Part shown: piece by piece, positions 51,499-60,440 of the stretch
How the letters are laid out: each line of letters opens with the position of its first letter
How positions within the stretch are numbered: position 1 is the stretch's first letter
NCBI GenBank assembly: GCA_016792685.1
Contig: JAEULQ010000134.1
Span: forward strand, 11,240 to 75,239
DNA length: 64,000 nucleotides
From: Tabrizicola sp.
GTDB lineage: Bacteria > Pseudomonadota > Alphaproteobacteria > Rhodobacterales > Rhodobacteraceae
Direction of reading: 5' to 3'
Translations under genes and position numbers: made by a program
Notes under the pieces: model-generated
The model's input: the letters and a program-made list of their open reading frames with translations, nothing else
Databases searched by the model: none
Told to the model about the DNA's origin: nothing

Positions 51499-53045
51499 GT
51501 CCGGTCCTCCCAGATGGCTTGGGCCGCTGCCGCGATGGCAGCGGATGTGGCGGTAAGCCAGCGGGCGGCGATGATCTGGTCGGGGCGGATCAGATAGAGC
51601 GCGGCTTTGGCGGTGCCGAGGTAGCGGGATTGAAGCTCAGGCGTTGCGGGCAGGCTGATGGTCTTCAGGCCCGCGACCTCGGGGGCCGCTTGGCCAATGG
51701 CAAGCAGGATCGGTTCACGGCCAAGCTGGTCGATCAGCCAGCCTTGGGCCAAGGGCGCGTCGGGGGCGACGGAGCCGGGGCGGCTGGCCTGCGGCAGGGC
51801 GGGGTCGTCAGGGCCGGTCAGCGGATAGGTGCAGGCAACTGAGAGGCGGCCGGAATTCACCAGGGGCCGGGCAAAAGGGGCCTTGCCTGCAAGCGCCAGG
51901 ACCGCATCGCGGAAGAGGCGCTCGGCGCCGGGGGCGGGGGACATGAAGCGGGTGGTGCGGGAGGAATTGAGAAGGTTCTCATCCGCGCCGTGCTGGCGTT
52001 CGCGGTCATAAGCATTGAGGATCGCGGGATCATGGCCCTTGGTGACGGCGGCAAGGCGCCAGCCGAGTGCATCGACGTCCTGCAATCCGCCATTCCCCCC
52101 GCGTGCCCCGAAGGGCGAGACGATATGGGCAGAGTCGCCGCAGAAGATCACGGGTCCGTGGACGAAGCGAGCCAAACGGCGGCATTGGAACGTGTAGACC
52201 GAGACCCAGTCGAGGCGGAAGTCCTTGTGGCCGATGGCTTTTTCGATCCGGGGGATGACCTTTTCTGGCTGACGTTCGGCCTCGGGGTCGGCGTCCCAGC
52301 CAAGCTGCAGGTCGATCCGGTAGATGTTGTCCGGCTGCTTGTGCAGAAGTGCCGACTGGCCGGGGTGGAAGTTCGGCTGAAACCAGAAACGGCGTTCGGA
52401 GGGGAAATCCCCCTGCATCTCGATGTCGGCGATGAGGAAGCGTTCCTCGAAAAGCTCGCCATCGAAGTCGAGGCCCATGAGGGTGCGGATATCGCTTCGC
52501 GCCCCGTCACAGGCGACGAGGTGGTCGGCCTCCAGACTATAGGACCCGTCCGGGGTCTCGATGGTCAGGGTCACATGATCCGTGTGGGAAAGGCTGGTGA
52601 CCTTGTTCTTCCAACGGAGGTCGATGAGGCCGGGGAAGTCCTGCGCGCGGGTGACGAGGTATTCCTCGACATAGTATTGCTGGAGGTTGACGAAGGCCGG
52701 CATCTTGTGGCCGGGCTCGGGCTGGAGGTCGAAGCTCCAGACCTCCTCATCCCGGTGGAAGGTGCGGCCGACTTTCCAGATCACGCCTTTCTCGACGCAT
52801 TTCGCCCCGACGCCCAGGCGGTCGAGGATCTCCAGCGAGCGCTTCGACCAGCAGATCGCGCGCGAGCCGACAGAGACGACGTTGTTGTCGTCCAGCACCA
52901 CGGAAGGCACACCGTATTGCGCAAGGTCGATGGCAAGGGCGAGGCCGATCGGGCCTGCCCCAACGATGACAACCTTGTGGCGCGGCTCGGGGGCGGTCAG
53001 GCCAGGGGGCGGGGTGTAGGGGAAGGGGCGGTAGTCGTAAGGCAT
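51495..53045 (-). CDS. FAD-dependent aromatic monooxygenase (PheA/TfdB-like)
   Basis: VGAGPIG, ACDGARS, GDSAHIVSPFGARGGNGG, C-terminal thioredoxin-like LIRPD. Confidence 0.88.
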   Translation of the reverse strand: MPYDYRPFPYTPPPGLTAPEPRHKVVIVGAGPIGLALAIDLAQYGVPSVVLDDNNVVSVGSRAICWSKRSLEILDRLGVGAKCVEKGVIWKVGRTFHRDEEVWSFDLQPEPGHKMPAFVNLQQYYVEEYLVTRAQDFPGLIDLRWKNKVTSLSHTDHVTLTIETPDGSYSLEADHLVACDGARSDIRTLMGLDFDGELFEERFLIADIEMQGDFPSERRFWFQPNFHPGQSALLHKQPDNIYRIDLQLGWDADPEAERQPEKVIPRIEKAIGHKDFRLDWVSVYTFQCRRLARFVHGPVIFCGDSAHIVSPFGARGGNGGLQDVDALGWRLAAVTKGHDPAILNAYDRERQHGADENLLNSSRTTRFMSPAPGAERLFRDAVLALAGKAPFARPLVNSGRLSVACTYPLTGPDDPALPQASRPGSVAPDAPLAQGWLIDQLGREPILLAIGQAAPEVAGLKTISLPATPELQSRYLGTAKAALYLIRPDQIIAARWLTATSAAIAAAAQAIWEDRT

Positions 53046-53048
53046 GGG

Positions 53049-53999
53049 TTACCCCTGAAGTGCTGCCCACATGTCCAGATCGCGCTGGGCGGTCCAGATG
53101 CGGGGATGACCGATCCCGCGCGCTTCGTCATAGGCGCGGGCGACGTTGAAGGGCAGGCAGTGTTCGTAGATCGCGTAGTCCTTGAACTTCGGGTCGCATT
53201 CGGCGCGACAGGCGTCCCAGGCTTCTTTCAGGCTGCCATTGCGGGCGGCCACGCGGGCGACGGGTTTGTAAGTCGACTCGACGAAGTCGCGGGTGCGGTC
53301 GAGGGCGGCGTTCACCGCATTCCGGCCGATCACGGCATTGCCCCGGCCGGGGGCAATGGCGTCAAGGTCGTAGGCACGGATCGCTTCCAGCGTCGGGCCC
53401 CATTCGGCGAAGTGACCGTCGCCGCAATAGCAGGCGGAATGGGCCTCGACGATGTCGCCGGTGAACATGACGTTCTGGTCGGGGACATGGATGACGGCGT
53501 CGCCCGCCGTATGGGCGCGGCCAAGCTGCAAGATGTCGACGCGGCGCTTGCCGAGCCAGACGGTCATGCGGGTGTTAAAGGTGGTGGTGGGCCAGGTAAG
53601 GCCGGGGATCGACTCATGGCCCTGGAAGAGGCGCGGGAAACGCTGGAATTCGCTGTCCCAGTCTTCTTGCCCCCGCTCGGCCACCATGTTGCGGGCGGCT
53701 TCGGACATGATGACCTGAGGGGCCTTGAAGGCCGACGCCCCAAGGACGCGGACGGCATGGTAATGCGTCAGGACCACATGTGAGATCGGCTTGTCGGTCA
53801 CCCCCCGGATGCAGTCGATCACCTTCTGTGCGAGGCGGGGGGTGGCTTGTGCCTCGACCACCATGACACTGTCATCGCCGATGATGACGCCAGAGTTGGG
53901 ATCGCCCTCGGCGGTGAAGGCGTAAAGGCCCTCGCCGATCTCGGTGAAGCTGATCTTCTTTTCCGCGAGGTCGCCCTGTGATGCGAAAGCTTTCGTCAT
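53049..53999 (-). CDS. MBL-fold metallo-hydrolase
   Basis: THYHAVR (variant HxHxDH), AHTAGD, FTGDIVE and PGRG. Confidence 0.85.
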   Translation of the reverse strand: MTKAFASQGDLAEKKISFTEIGEGLYAFTAEGDPNSGVIIGDDSVMVVEAQATPRLAQKVIDCIRGVTDKPISHVVLTHYHAVRVLGASAFKAPQVIMSEAARNMVAERGQEDWDSEFQRFPRLFQGHESIPGLTWPTTTFNTRMTVWLGKRRVDILQLGRAHTAGDAVIHVPDQNVMFTGDIVEAHSACYCGDGHFAEWGPTLEAIRAYDLDAIAPGRGNAVIGRNAVNAALDRTRDFVESTYKPVARVAARNGSLKEAWDACRAECDPKFKDYAIYEHCLPFNVARAYDEARGIGHPRIWTAQRDLDMWAALQG

Positions 54000-54000
54000 A

Positions 54001-55257
54001 TCATGCCCTTGCGTATGGATCTTCAAGTGTCGCTTGAACTTGGCCGGTGCAGTCGCCAAAGCCGATCGTGTAGCCATCGCCCTTGCACTGGCCGCGCAGG
54101 GTGAGGGTGTCGCCGTCCTCGATGAAAGTCCGCGTCCCGCCATCGACCGGGATCGGCTCCTTGCCGCCCCAGCTGAGTTCCAGCAGGCTGCCCCGGCTTT
54201 CCCTCGTCGGGCCGGAGATCGTGCCGGAGCCGAGCAGGTCGCCGGTGTTCATCGGGCAGCCCGAAGTGGTGTGATGCGCCAGCTGCTGGGCGGCGGAATA
54301 GTACATCTCGGCATAGTTGGTGCGGGAGATGATGGTCTCGCGGCCGCCGTCCGGGGTGAGGCCCACTTCCAGCGCGATGTCGTAAAGCATCGGTCCCGGT
54401 TCCTGCAGATGGGGCAGGAGGGGCACTTCGCGGGGGGGCGTCGATGTGCGGAAGGGCTCCAGCGCGGTGCGCGTCACGATCCAGGGGCTGATCGTCGTGG
54501 CGGTGGCCTTGGCCTGGAAGGGGCCGAGCGGCTGGTATTCCCAGGCCTGGATGTCCCGTGCCGACCAGTCGTTCAGAAGGACATATCCAAAGATCATCGC
54601 GTCCGCCTCGGCCACGGTGACTGGGCCCTGCGAGGGTGTGCCCACGACTGCGCCCATCTCAAGCTCGATATCGAAGCGGCGCGAGGGCTGGAAGGCGGGT
54701 ACGGCATGGTCCGGCCCCTTCACCTGCCCCCAGGGACGGCGGACCGGAGTGCCGGAGACGACGACGGAAGACGCCCGTCCGTTATAGCCGATCGGGATAT
54801 GCAGCCAGTTCGGCGGCAGTGCATTTTCCGGACCACGGAACATGGTGCCGACATTGAAGGCGTGGTTCCGGCCGGCGTAGAAATCGGTGTACTCGCTGAC
54901 CAGGAAGGGCAGGTGAAGCGCCACCTTGTCCCGTGCCACCAGATGCGGGCCGACCGCCGCCTTTTCGCCCGACCCTTCGGCCAAGAGCGCGATCAGCCGG
55001 GTGCGAAGGGCCGCCCAGACCTCGGGGCCGGCCTCCATCACCTCGTTCCAGAAGGGCACATCGAGAAGCGGCGCGCCGGGAAGTTCGAGCAGGCCCTCTT
55101 CCTCGAGCGCGGTCACGTCCAGGACGAAATCGCCGATCGCCACTCCGCAGCGCGGGTCTTCGTCTGGAGTGGAGAAGACCCCGCAGGGCAGGTTGTTCAG
55201 CGGAAAGGGATGGTCCGGCGCGTTGGCGCTTTCGACCCAGGAACGGAGAAGCGGCAT
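54001..55257 (-). CDS. fahA: Fumarylacetoacetase
   Basis: FPLNNLP, YTDFY, YNGRASS, DIELE, NDWSARDIQAWEYQPLGPF and GSGTISG. Confidence 0.95.
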   Translation of the reverse strand: MPLLRSWVESANAPDHPFPLNNLPCGVFSTPDEDPRCGVAIGDFVLDVTALEEEGLLELPGAPLLDVPFWNEVMEAGPEVWAALRTRLIALLAEGSGEKAAVGPHLVARDKVALHLPFLVSEYTDFYAGRNHAFNVGTMFRGPENALPPNWLHIPIGYNGRASSVVVSGTPVRRPWGQVKGPDHAVPAFQPSRRFDIELEMGAVVGTPSQGPVTVAEADAMIFGYVLLNDWSARDIQAWEYQPLGPFQAKATATTISPWIVTRTALEPFRTSTPPREVPLLPHLQEPGPMLYDIALEVGLTPDGGRETIISRTNYAEMYYSAAQQLAHHTTSGCPMNTGDLLGSGTISGPTRESRGSLLELSWGGKEPIPVDGGTRTFIEDGDTLTLRGQCKGDGYTIGFGDCTGQVQATLEDPYARA

Positions 55258-55266
55258 CTACCCTCT

Positions 55267-55317
55267 TTCATCTTTGTGCAAATATCCCACGGGGGTCCGG
55301 GGGTGTGAAACCCCCGG
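55267..55317 (+). repeat. Dispersed AAATATCCC + GC hairpin element, copy 1
   Basis: TTCATCTTTGTGCAAATATCCC followed by the CCGGGGGT-GTGAA-ACCCCCGG hairpin. A related sequence lies inverted at 60406-60427. Confidence 0.6.
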
Positions 55318-55325
55318 GGCGCGCG

Positions 55326-56690
55326 TCATTTCAGGCCGGGTGTGCCGTCGAACTTCTTCTCCAGGCTCGCCCAGCAGTCGATGTAGTCTTCCTGCATATG
55401 CCCCGCCGTTGCCGCCCAGGGGGTCAGGTGCTGCGGGAAGCGGGTCTCGAACATGAAGCTCATCGTGTCGTTCTGCTTGACCGGGACCATGGGTTCGTTC
55501 GACGCATGCTCGAAGGCCCCCTTGTCCGGCCCGTGCGGCAGCATGCAGTTGTGCAAGGACATGCCGCCGGGGACAAAGCCCTTCGGCTTGGCGTCATAGA
55601 TGCCGTAGATGTTGCCCATAAGCTCGGACATCACGTTCTTGTGGTACCACGGCGGCCGGAAGGTGTTTTCGGCCACCATCCAGCGTTCGCGGAAGAGGAC
55701 GAAGTCGATGTTTGCCGTCCCCTCGATGCCGGAAGGCGCGGTCAGCACGGTGAAGATCGACGGGTCGGGATGGTCAAAGAGGACCGCGCCGACCGGGCAG
55801 TAGGTGCGAAGATCGTATTTGCAGGGCGCGTAGTTGCCGTGCCAGGCGACCACGTCGAGCGGGCTGTGACCGATCCCGGTCACATGGAACTGGCCGCACC
55901 ACTTGACGTAAACCTTCGACGGGACCTCCCGGTCCTCGAAAGCCGCCACCGGGGTCTTGAAGTCGCGCCGGTTGGCCATGCAGTTGGCACCAATCGGACC
56001 GCGGCCCGGAAGCTGGAACTTCTGGCCGTAATTCTCGCAGACAAAACCCCGCGCGGGGCCTTCCAGCACTTCGACCCGGTAGACGAGACCGCGCGGCAGG
56101 ATGGCGATCTCGCGCGGTTCAAGGTCGATCACCCCAAGTTCCGTGCAGAAGCGGAGGCGGCCTTCCTGTGGAACGACCAGCAATTCGCCATCAGCCGAGA
56201 AGAAGTATTCGTCCTGCATCGAGTCATTGACCAGATACATATGGCTGGCCATGCCGGTCTGGGTGTTGACATCCCCCGCCGTGACCATCGTGCGCATGCC
56301 GGTGATCCAGGTGAGACGCTCGCCTTCCGGTACGGCGACCGGGTCCCAGCGGTATTGTCCGAGGCTAACGATCTCGGGGTCGATGCAGGGGGCGGATTTC
56401 CAGTGCGGGACGCTGATCTTCTGGAACCGGTGGGTGTGCTTCACGCTGGGCCTGATGCGGTAGCACCAGGTGCGCTCGTTCTGATGGCTCGGCGCGGTGA
56501 AAGCGGTGCCGGAGAGCTGTTCGCCGTAAAGCCCGTAGTTGCAGCGTTGGGGCGAGTTCATGCCTTGCGGCAGGGCGCCTGGCAGGGCCTCGGTCTCGAA
56601 GTCATTGCCGAAGCCGGGCATGTAGCCCTCGTGCGGTCCAGTGATCGACGCGGCGCGGATCATGCCTTTGGGAAGGGAGTGGCTGGTCAT
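55326..56690 (-). CDS. hmgA: Homogentisate 1,2-dioxygenase
   Basis: [44 protein letters not shown] and HGPD. GGAGG RBS. Confidence 0.96.
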   Translation of the reverse strand: MTSHSLPKGMIRAASITGPHEGYMPGFGNDFETEALPGALPQGMNSPQRCNYGLYGEQLSGTAFTAPSHQNERTWCYRIRPSVKHTHRFQKISVPHWKSAPCIDPEIVSLGQYRWDPVAVPEGERLTWITGMRTMVTAGDVNTQTGMASHMYLVNDSMQDEYFFSADGELLVVPQEGRLRFCTELGVIDLEPREIAILPRGLVYRVEVLEGPARGFVCENYGQKFQLPGRGPIGANCMANRRDFKTPVAAFEDREVPSKVYVKWCGQFHVTGIGHSPLDVVAWHGNYAPCKYDLRTYCPVGAVLFDHPDPSIFTVLTAPSGIEGTANIDFVLFRERWMVAENTFRPPWYHKNVMSELMGNIYGIYDAKPKGFVPGGMSLHNCMLPHGPDKGAFEHASNEPMVPVKQNDTMSFMFETRFPQHLTPWAATAGHMQEDYIDCWASLEKKFDGTPGLK

Positions 56691-56722
56691 CGAAACCTCC
56701 TCAGTCCGGATGAGGTGATTAA

Positions 56723-56740
56723 TAGTTGCATCTGCAACCA
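56723..56740. promoter_or_regulatory. Putative MarR operator in hmgA/maiA divergent promoter
   Basis: TAGTTGCATCTGCAACCA, containing the inverted repeat GTTGCA-TC-TGCAAC. Confidence 0.6.
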
Positions 56741-56788
56741 AGTCAAGCTTAACATGACAAGCAAAGCGGAACCGGCTAAAGCCAGCGC

Positions 56789-57424
56789 ATGACGAATGTG
56801 ATCCTGCATGACTACTGGCGTTCCTCCTCGGCCTATCGGGTCCGGATCGGGCTGAATCTGCTTGGGATTGCCTATCAATCGGTCCCGGTCGACCTGACCC
56901 TTGGCGCACAGCGTGCGGAAGGGCACCTGCGGGCAAACCCGCAGGGCCTGGTTCCGGTGCTGGAGATCGATGGGCTGCGCCTGACGCAGTCGCTGGCGAT
57001 CCTGGAATACCTGGACGAGACGCGGGATGCGGGCTTCCTGCCGAAAGACCCCGCCGGGCGGGCGCGGGCTCGGGCCCTGGCCCATGCCGTGGCGATGGAG
57101 ATCCAGCCGGTCTGCAACCTGCGCGTCGCGCAACATGCGGTCTCGCTTGGTGGCACGGCGACGATGGAGGGCTGGATGAAGCACTTCATCACGCTCGGCT
57201 TCCAGGGGCTGGAGGAGATGCTGGCTGAGGGGCCGGCGACGGCCTTCTGCCATGGCGAAGCACCGGGCCTGGCTGATCTTTGCCTTGTGCCGCAAGTCTA
57301 CAATGCGAGGCGCTGGGCTGTGGACCTGACACCTTTCCCACGCATCGCTTTGATTTCCTCCCGGATGGAGGCTTTGGCGCCGGTTGCTGCCGCCCATCCC
57401 GACCGGGTGAGGCCGGGGATCTAG
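56789..57424 (+). CDS. maiA: Maleylacetoacetate isomerase (GST zeta)
   Basis: [35 protein letters not shown] and [14 protein letters not shown]. Confidence 0.93.
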   Translation: MTNVILHDYWRSSSAYRVRIGLNLLGIAYQSVPVDLTLGAQRAEGHLRANPQGLVPVLEIDGLRLTQSLAILEYLDETRDAGFLPKDPAGRARARALAHAVAMEIQPVCNLRVAQHAVSLGGTATMEGWMKHFITLGFQGLEEMLAEGPATAFCHGEAPGLADLCLVPQVYNARRWAVDLTPFPRIALISSRMEALAPVAAAHPDRVRPGI

Positions 57425-57426
57425 GC

Positions 57427-57888
57427 ATGGCGGACAAGACCTTCGATCTGCAAGACTTTCTGCCCTATCTTCTGAATCAGGCAGCCGAAGCGACGTCGCG
57501 CAGTTTCGAAGGGGTCTACAAGGCACGCTACGGCATGACCCGGACGCAATGGCGGGTCTTGGCGAACCTCGGCCGGTTCGGCGCGATGACGGCCCGCGAC
57601 ATCTGCCGGATCAGCCATATCGAGAAGACCAAGGTCAGCCGGGCCGTCGCCGCGCTTGAGACCGAAGTGATGCTTGCCCGTGCGCCAAGCCCCGAGGACG
57701 GCCGGGCGGAAATCCTGTCGCTGACGCCGCGTGGGCTGGCGGTCTTTGCCGAACTGGGCGAGCGGGCGCAGGCCTTCGATGCGGACCTGCGTGCGAAGCT
57801 CGGCCCCGAGCTTGCCGCCCGGATCGACGCTATCCTGCGCGAGATCATCGTCCTGCAGGCAGATGCAGGGCCGGAGGGCGACGACTGA
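57427..57888 (+). CDS. MarR family regulator
   Basis: FLPYLL, QWRVLANL, KTKVSRAV, DGRA..LSLT. Confidence 0.9.
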   Translation: MADKTFDLQDFLPYLLNQAAEATSRSFEGVYKARYGMTRTQWRVLANLGRFGAMTARDICRISHIEKTKVSRAVAALETEVMLARAPSPEDGRAEILSLTPRGLAVFAELGERAQAFDADLRAKLGPELAARIDAILREIIVLQADAGPEGDD

Positions 57889-57971
57889 AACGGCCCCTTC
57901 TTGTGTAACTTCGTCTTTTTGACGGGCATTGACCCGTCGTCGCGACGAATGTCGCTGTCAACGACGATCAG

Positions 57972-59210
57972 TCAGGCCGGGCCACGAGCCGCGATATGGG
58001 CGGCGAGGCGTTCGGCATCGCGCCAGGCGCCCCAGATGAAGGCCGACCCCCGACAGGAAAGCCAGGGGAGGCCGACGAAATAGAGGCCGGGGATTTCGCT
58101 GACGCCGTCGTGGTGGCGGGGGCGGCCGTCTTCGTGGAAGATGTCGAGGTCGATCCAGCCGAAATCGAGCGCAAAGCCGGTGGCCCAGATGATCGTGCTG
58201 ATGCCTTCCTTGCGGAGGTCGAGCGCGAGCGTCGGGTTGGTCACGCAGTCGGGCAGGGGCAGGAGGTTCCGCGCCTCGGGCTCCAGGGGCAGGTCAAGCT
58301 GGTTCGCGGCGGCATAGGCGTCGGCTTCGTCAAGGACGGAGAGGTAGTTGCGGTCGCCGTTCTCGATGTTCGTGCGCAGGTCGGGGGCGAAATGGAGGCT
58401 GCCGTCCTTGTAGGCTCCGGCGCGGCCGAGGAGGGTTACGCCGAGGGCGGCAAGGCGGCGGAAGTCCATCGTATGGCCGCCATAGGCGCCGGAGACGGCG
58501 ATGGTGATGTGTACAGTGCCGGGGGTGGGGGCCTTCATGTCCCATTTGCCAAGCTTGCCCAGCCACCAGACGAAATCCTGCCCCCGGTAGCGGCGGGGCG
58601 GCCGGTCGTGAGGGCCGAGCGAGAGATAGACCCGCCGCCCGGCGCGGACCAGTTCCTCGGCGATCTGCGCGCCGGAAGAGCCCGCGCCCACCACCAGCAC
58701 CGCGCCTTCGGGCAGGCTTTGCGGATTGCGGTAGGCGTTGGAGTGGAGCTGGGTGATCGCGGGATCGGTCACCACAGTCGGGATCAGCGGCTTCTGGAAC
58801 GGGCCGGTCGCGACGACGACATTTTGCGCCTGGATCACACCATTGGAGGTGGTGGCACGGAAGCCCTCGCCGTCCCGTTCCAGCCGGGTAACGTTGACGC
58901 CGGTCCGGACCGGCAGGGCGCGGGCCTTGGCGAAGCTTTCGAAATAGGTTGCGACGCGGTCCTTCCCGGCAAACTCCTCGGGGTCGAGGTCGGTGAATTC
59001 AGCCTCGGGGAAGCGGTCATGCCAGGCGGGGCCGTTGGCGACAAGGCTGTCCCAGCGTTCCGTCCGCCAGCGCTCGGCGATGCGGGCGCGTTCGAGAACG
59101 ATATGGGGGACGCCGTGTTTTTGCAGATGTGCCGAGGTCGCAACACCGGCCTGACCGCCGCCGATGACGAGGGTGTGAGTGGTTTCCATGGTGGACTCGC
59201 TTTCATTCAT
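57972..59210 (-). CDS. Flavin-containing monooxygenase (HinF-like)
   Basis: Two Rossmann motifs (IGGGQAG, VGAGSSG), ERWRTERWDSLVANGPAWHDRFP, LHSNAY and WATGF. Start 59210 or 59189. Confidence 0.85.
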   Translation of the reverse strand: MNESESTMETTHTLVIGGGQAGVATSAHLQKHGVPHIVLERARIAERWRTERWDSLVANGPAWHDRFPEAEFTDLDPEEFAGKDRVATYFESFAKARALPVRTGVNVTRLERDGEGFRATTSNGVIQAQNVVVATGPFQKPLIPTVVTDPAITQLHSNAYRNPQSLPEGAVLVVGAGSSGAQIAEELVRAGRRVYLSLGPHDRPPRRYRGQDFVWWLGKLGKWDMKAPTPGTVHITIAVSGAYGGHTMDFRRLAALGVTLLGRAGAYKDGSLHFAPDLRTNIENGDRNYLSVLDEADAYAAANQLDLPLEPEARNLLPLPDCVTNPTLALDLRKEGISTIIWATGFALDFGWIDLDIFHEDGRPRHHDGVSEIPGLYFVGLPWLSCRGSAFIWGAWRDAERLAAHIAARGPA

Positions 59211-59874
59211 CGCCGGGCACGCCGTAGGACGGGGCCTGGGTCGGGTCTTCGGCGCGCTGGACGTAAGCCGCCATTTGGGGCGCGTAGATGTCCCAGGTGG
59301 TGCGGAGCATCTGTATCGGGTGTTCGGCCCAGTCGATGCGGAGGTCGATGAGCGGCCAGGAAAGCCGGTCTGCCACTTTGAGACCGGCGGAGTGAACCGG
59401 TCCTGCCTCGCCGCCTGCCTTGAGGCCCGCTTCCAACGCCTGCATCAGACGCTCACCCAGATGGCCAGTCGCGGAGGTGAAGGCCTCGACCATCGCCAGG
59501 GGCACGAGTTCATTCGCCAGGAGATTTCCACCCGCCGCGCAGTCGACGCCCTGCGCCTCGCCCCAGAGCCCGAGGACCTGTTTGCCCGAATGGATCGCGG
59601 TTTGCCCGGTGCGGTCGACGACCAGAAGCTGGCGGTAGTCGATATGCTTGCGGCCCTGGGTGACGGACTTCAGTGCATCGGGAGCCGAAAGGCCTTCGTC
59701 CAGGCGGTCGAGGAGGAGGGGGCCAAGCGCGGGGTCGGTGATGTTCTGGCTCGCGACCGCGCCAACCCCGGCCCGGACATGCGCGCAGCGGGCGGCGACG
59801 GCGGGAGAGGAGGACGAGATCACCATGCCGAACTGGCCGGTTCTGGCGCAGCGGGCGACGAGAGAGAAGGTCAT
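59203..59874 (-). CDS. DUF1028 Ntn-hydrolase (HinH-like)
   Basis: M-TFSLVAR with N-terminal Thr, GVGAVASQN, AGGNLL and DLRIDW. Overlaps both neighbours. Confidence 0.85.
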   Translation of the reverse strand: MTFSLVARCARTGQFGMVISSSSPAVAARCAHVRAGVGAVASQNITDPALGPLLLDRLDEGLSAPDALKSVTQGRKHIDYRQLLVVDRTGQTAIHSGKQVLGLWGEAQGVDCAAGGNLLANELVPLAMVEAFTSATGHLGERLMQALEAGLKAGGEAGPVHSAGLKVADRLSWPLIDLRIDWAEHPIQMLRTTWDIYAPQMAAYVQRAEDPTQAPSYGVPGDE

Positions 59875-60293
59875 GGGGTGTCGTCCGGGATCACGGCGGT
59901 GCCGTCGATTTCCACGAGCCACGAGGGCCGGGCGAGGGCGGTGACCACGACCCCGGTCGAGACTGGATGCACGCCTTTTATGTACTCTCCCATCGTGCGG
60001 TAGACCGCCTCGCGGTGACGGACGTCGGTCAGGTAGACCACGACCTTGCACAGATGCTCCATCTTGCCGCCGACCTCTTCCAGGAGCTGCCGGATGTTCT
60101 GCATGACCTTGTGGGTCTGTTCGACGGGGTCATGGCTGCCGATGTCCTTGGCGGTGTCGAGGTCTTGCGGGCACTGACCGCGTAGGAAAACGATGCGACC
60201 GCGGGCGACCACGGCCTGACAGAGGTCGTTGTCGAGTTTCTGTTCGGGGTAGGTGTCCTTGGTGTTGAACTTGCGGTGGCGGAAATGGGTCAT
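59871..60293 (-). CDS. RidA/YjgF family protein (HinL-like)
   Basis: FNTKDTYP..LDNDLCQAV, VFLRGQ, PVSTG and LVEIDGTAV. AGGA RBS. Confidence 0.88.
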   Translation of the reverse strand: MTHFRHRKFNTKDTYPEQKLDNDLCQAVVARGRIVFLRGQCPQDLDTAKDIGSHDPVEQTHKVMQNIRQLLEEVGGKMEHLCKVVVYLTDVRHREAVYRTMGEYIKGVHPVSTGVVVTALARPSWLVEIDGTAVIPDDTP

Positions 60294-60358
60294 GGTCGGT
60301 CCTGGGGGTGAGGGGCGGTTTTCAGATTGAGCGCGTTCCGCGCAAGTCTTTTGTCTCA

Positions 60359-60427
60359 GTCCTGCGCGTGAAGGACGCGCAGGACCTCGGGGTGCGCGCC
60401 GCGCGGGGATATTTGGAAACAGGTGAA
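60359..60427 (-). repeat. Dispersed AAATATCCC + GC hairpin element, copy 2
   Basis: Minus strand TTCACCTGTTTCCAAATATCCC (18/22 identical to 55267-55288), then a perfect 11-bp stem GTCCTGCGCGT/ACGCGCAGGAC (60359-60385). Confidence 0.6.
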
Positions 60428-60440
60428 TACGCTTTGGGGA

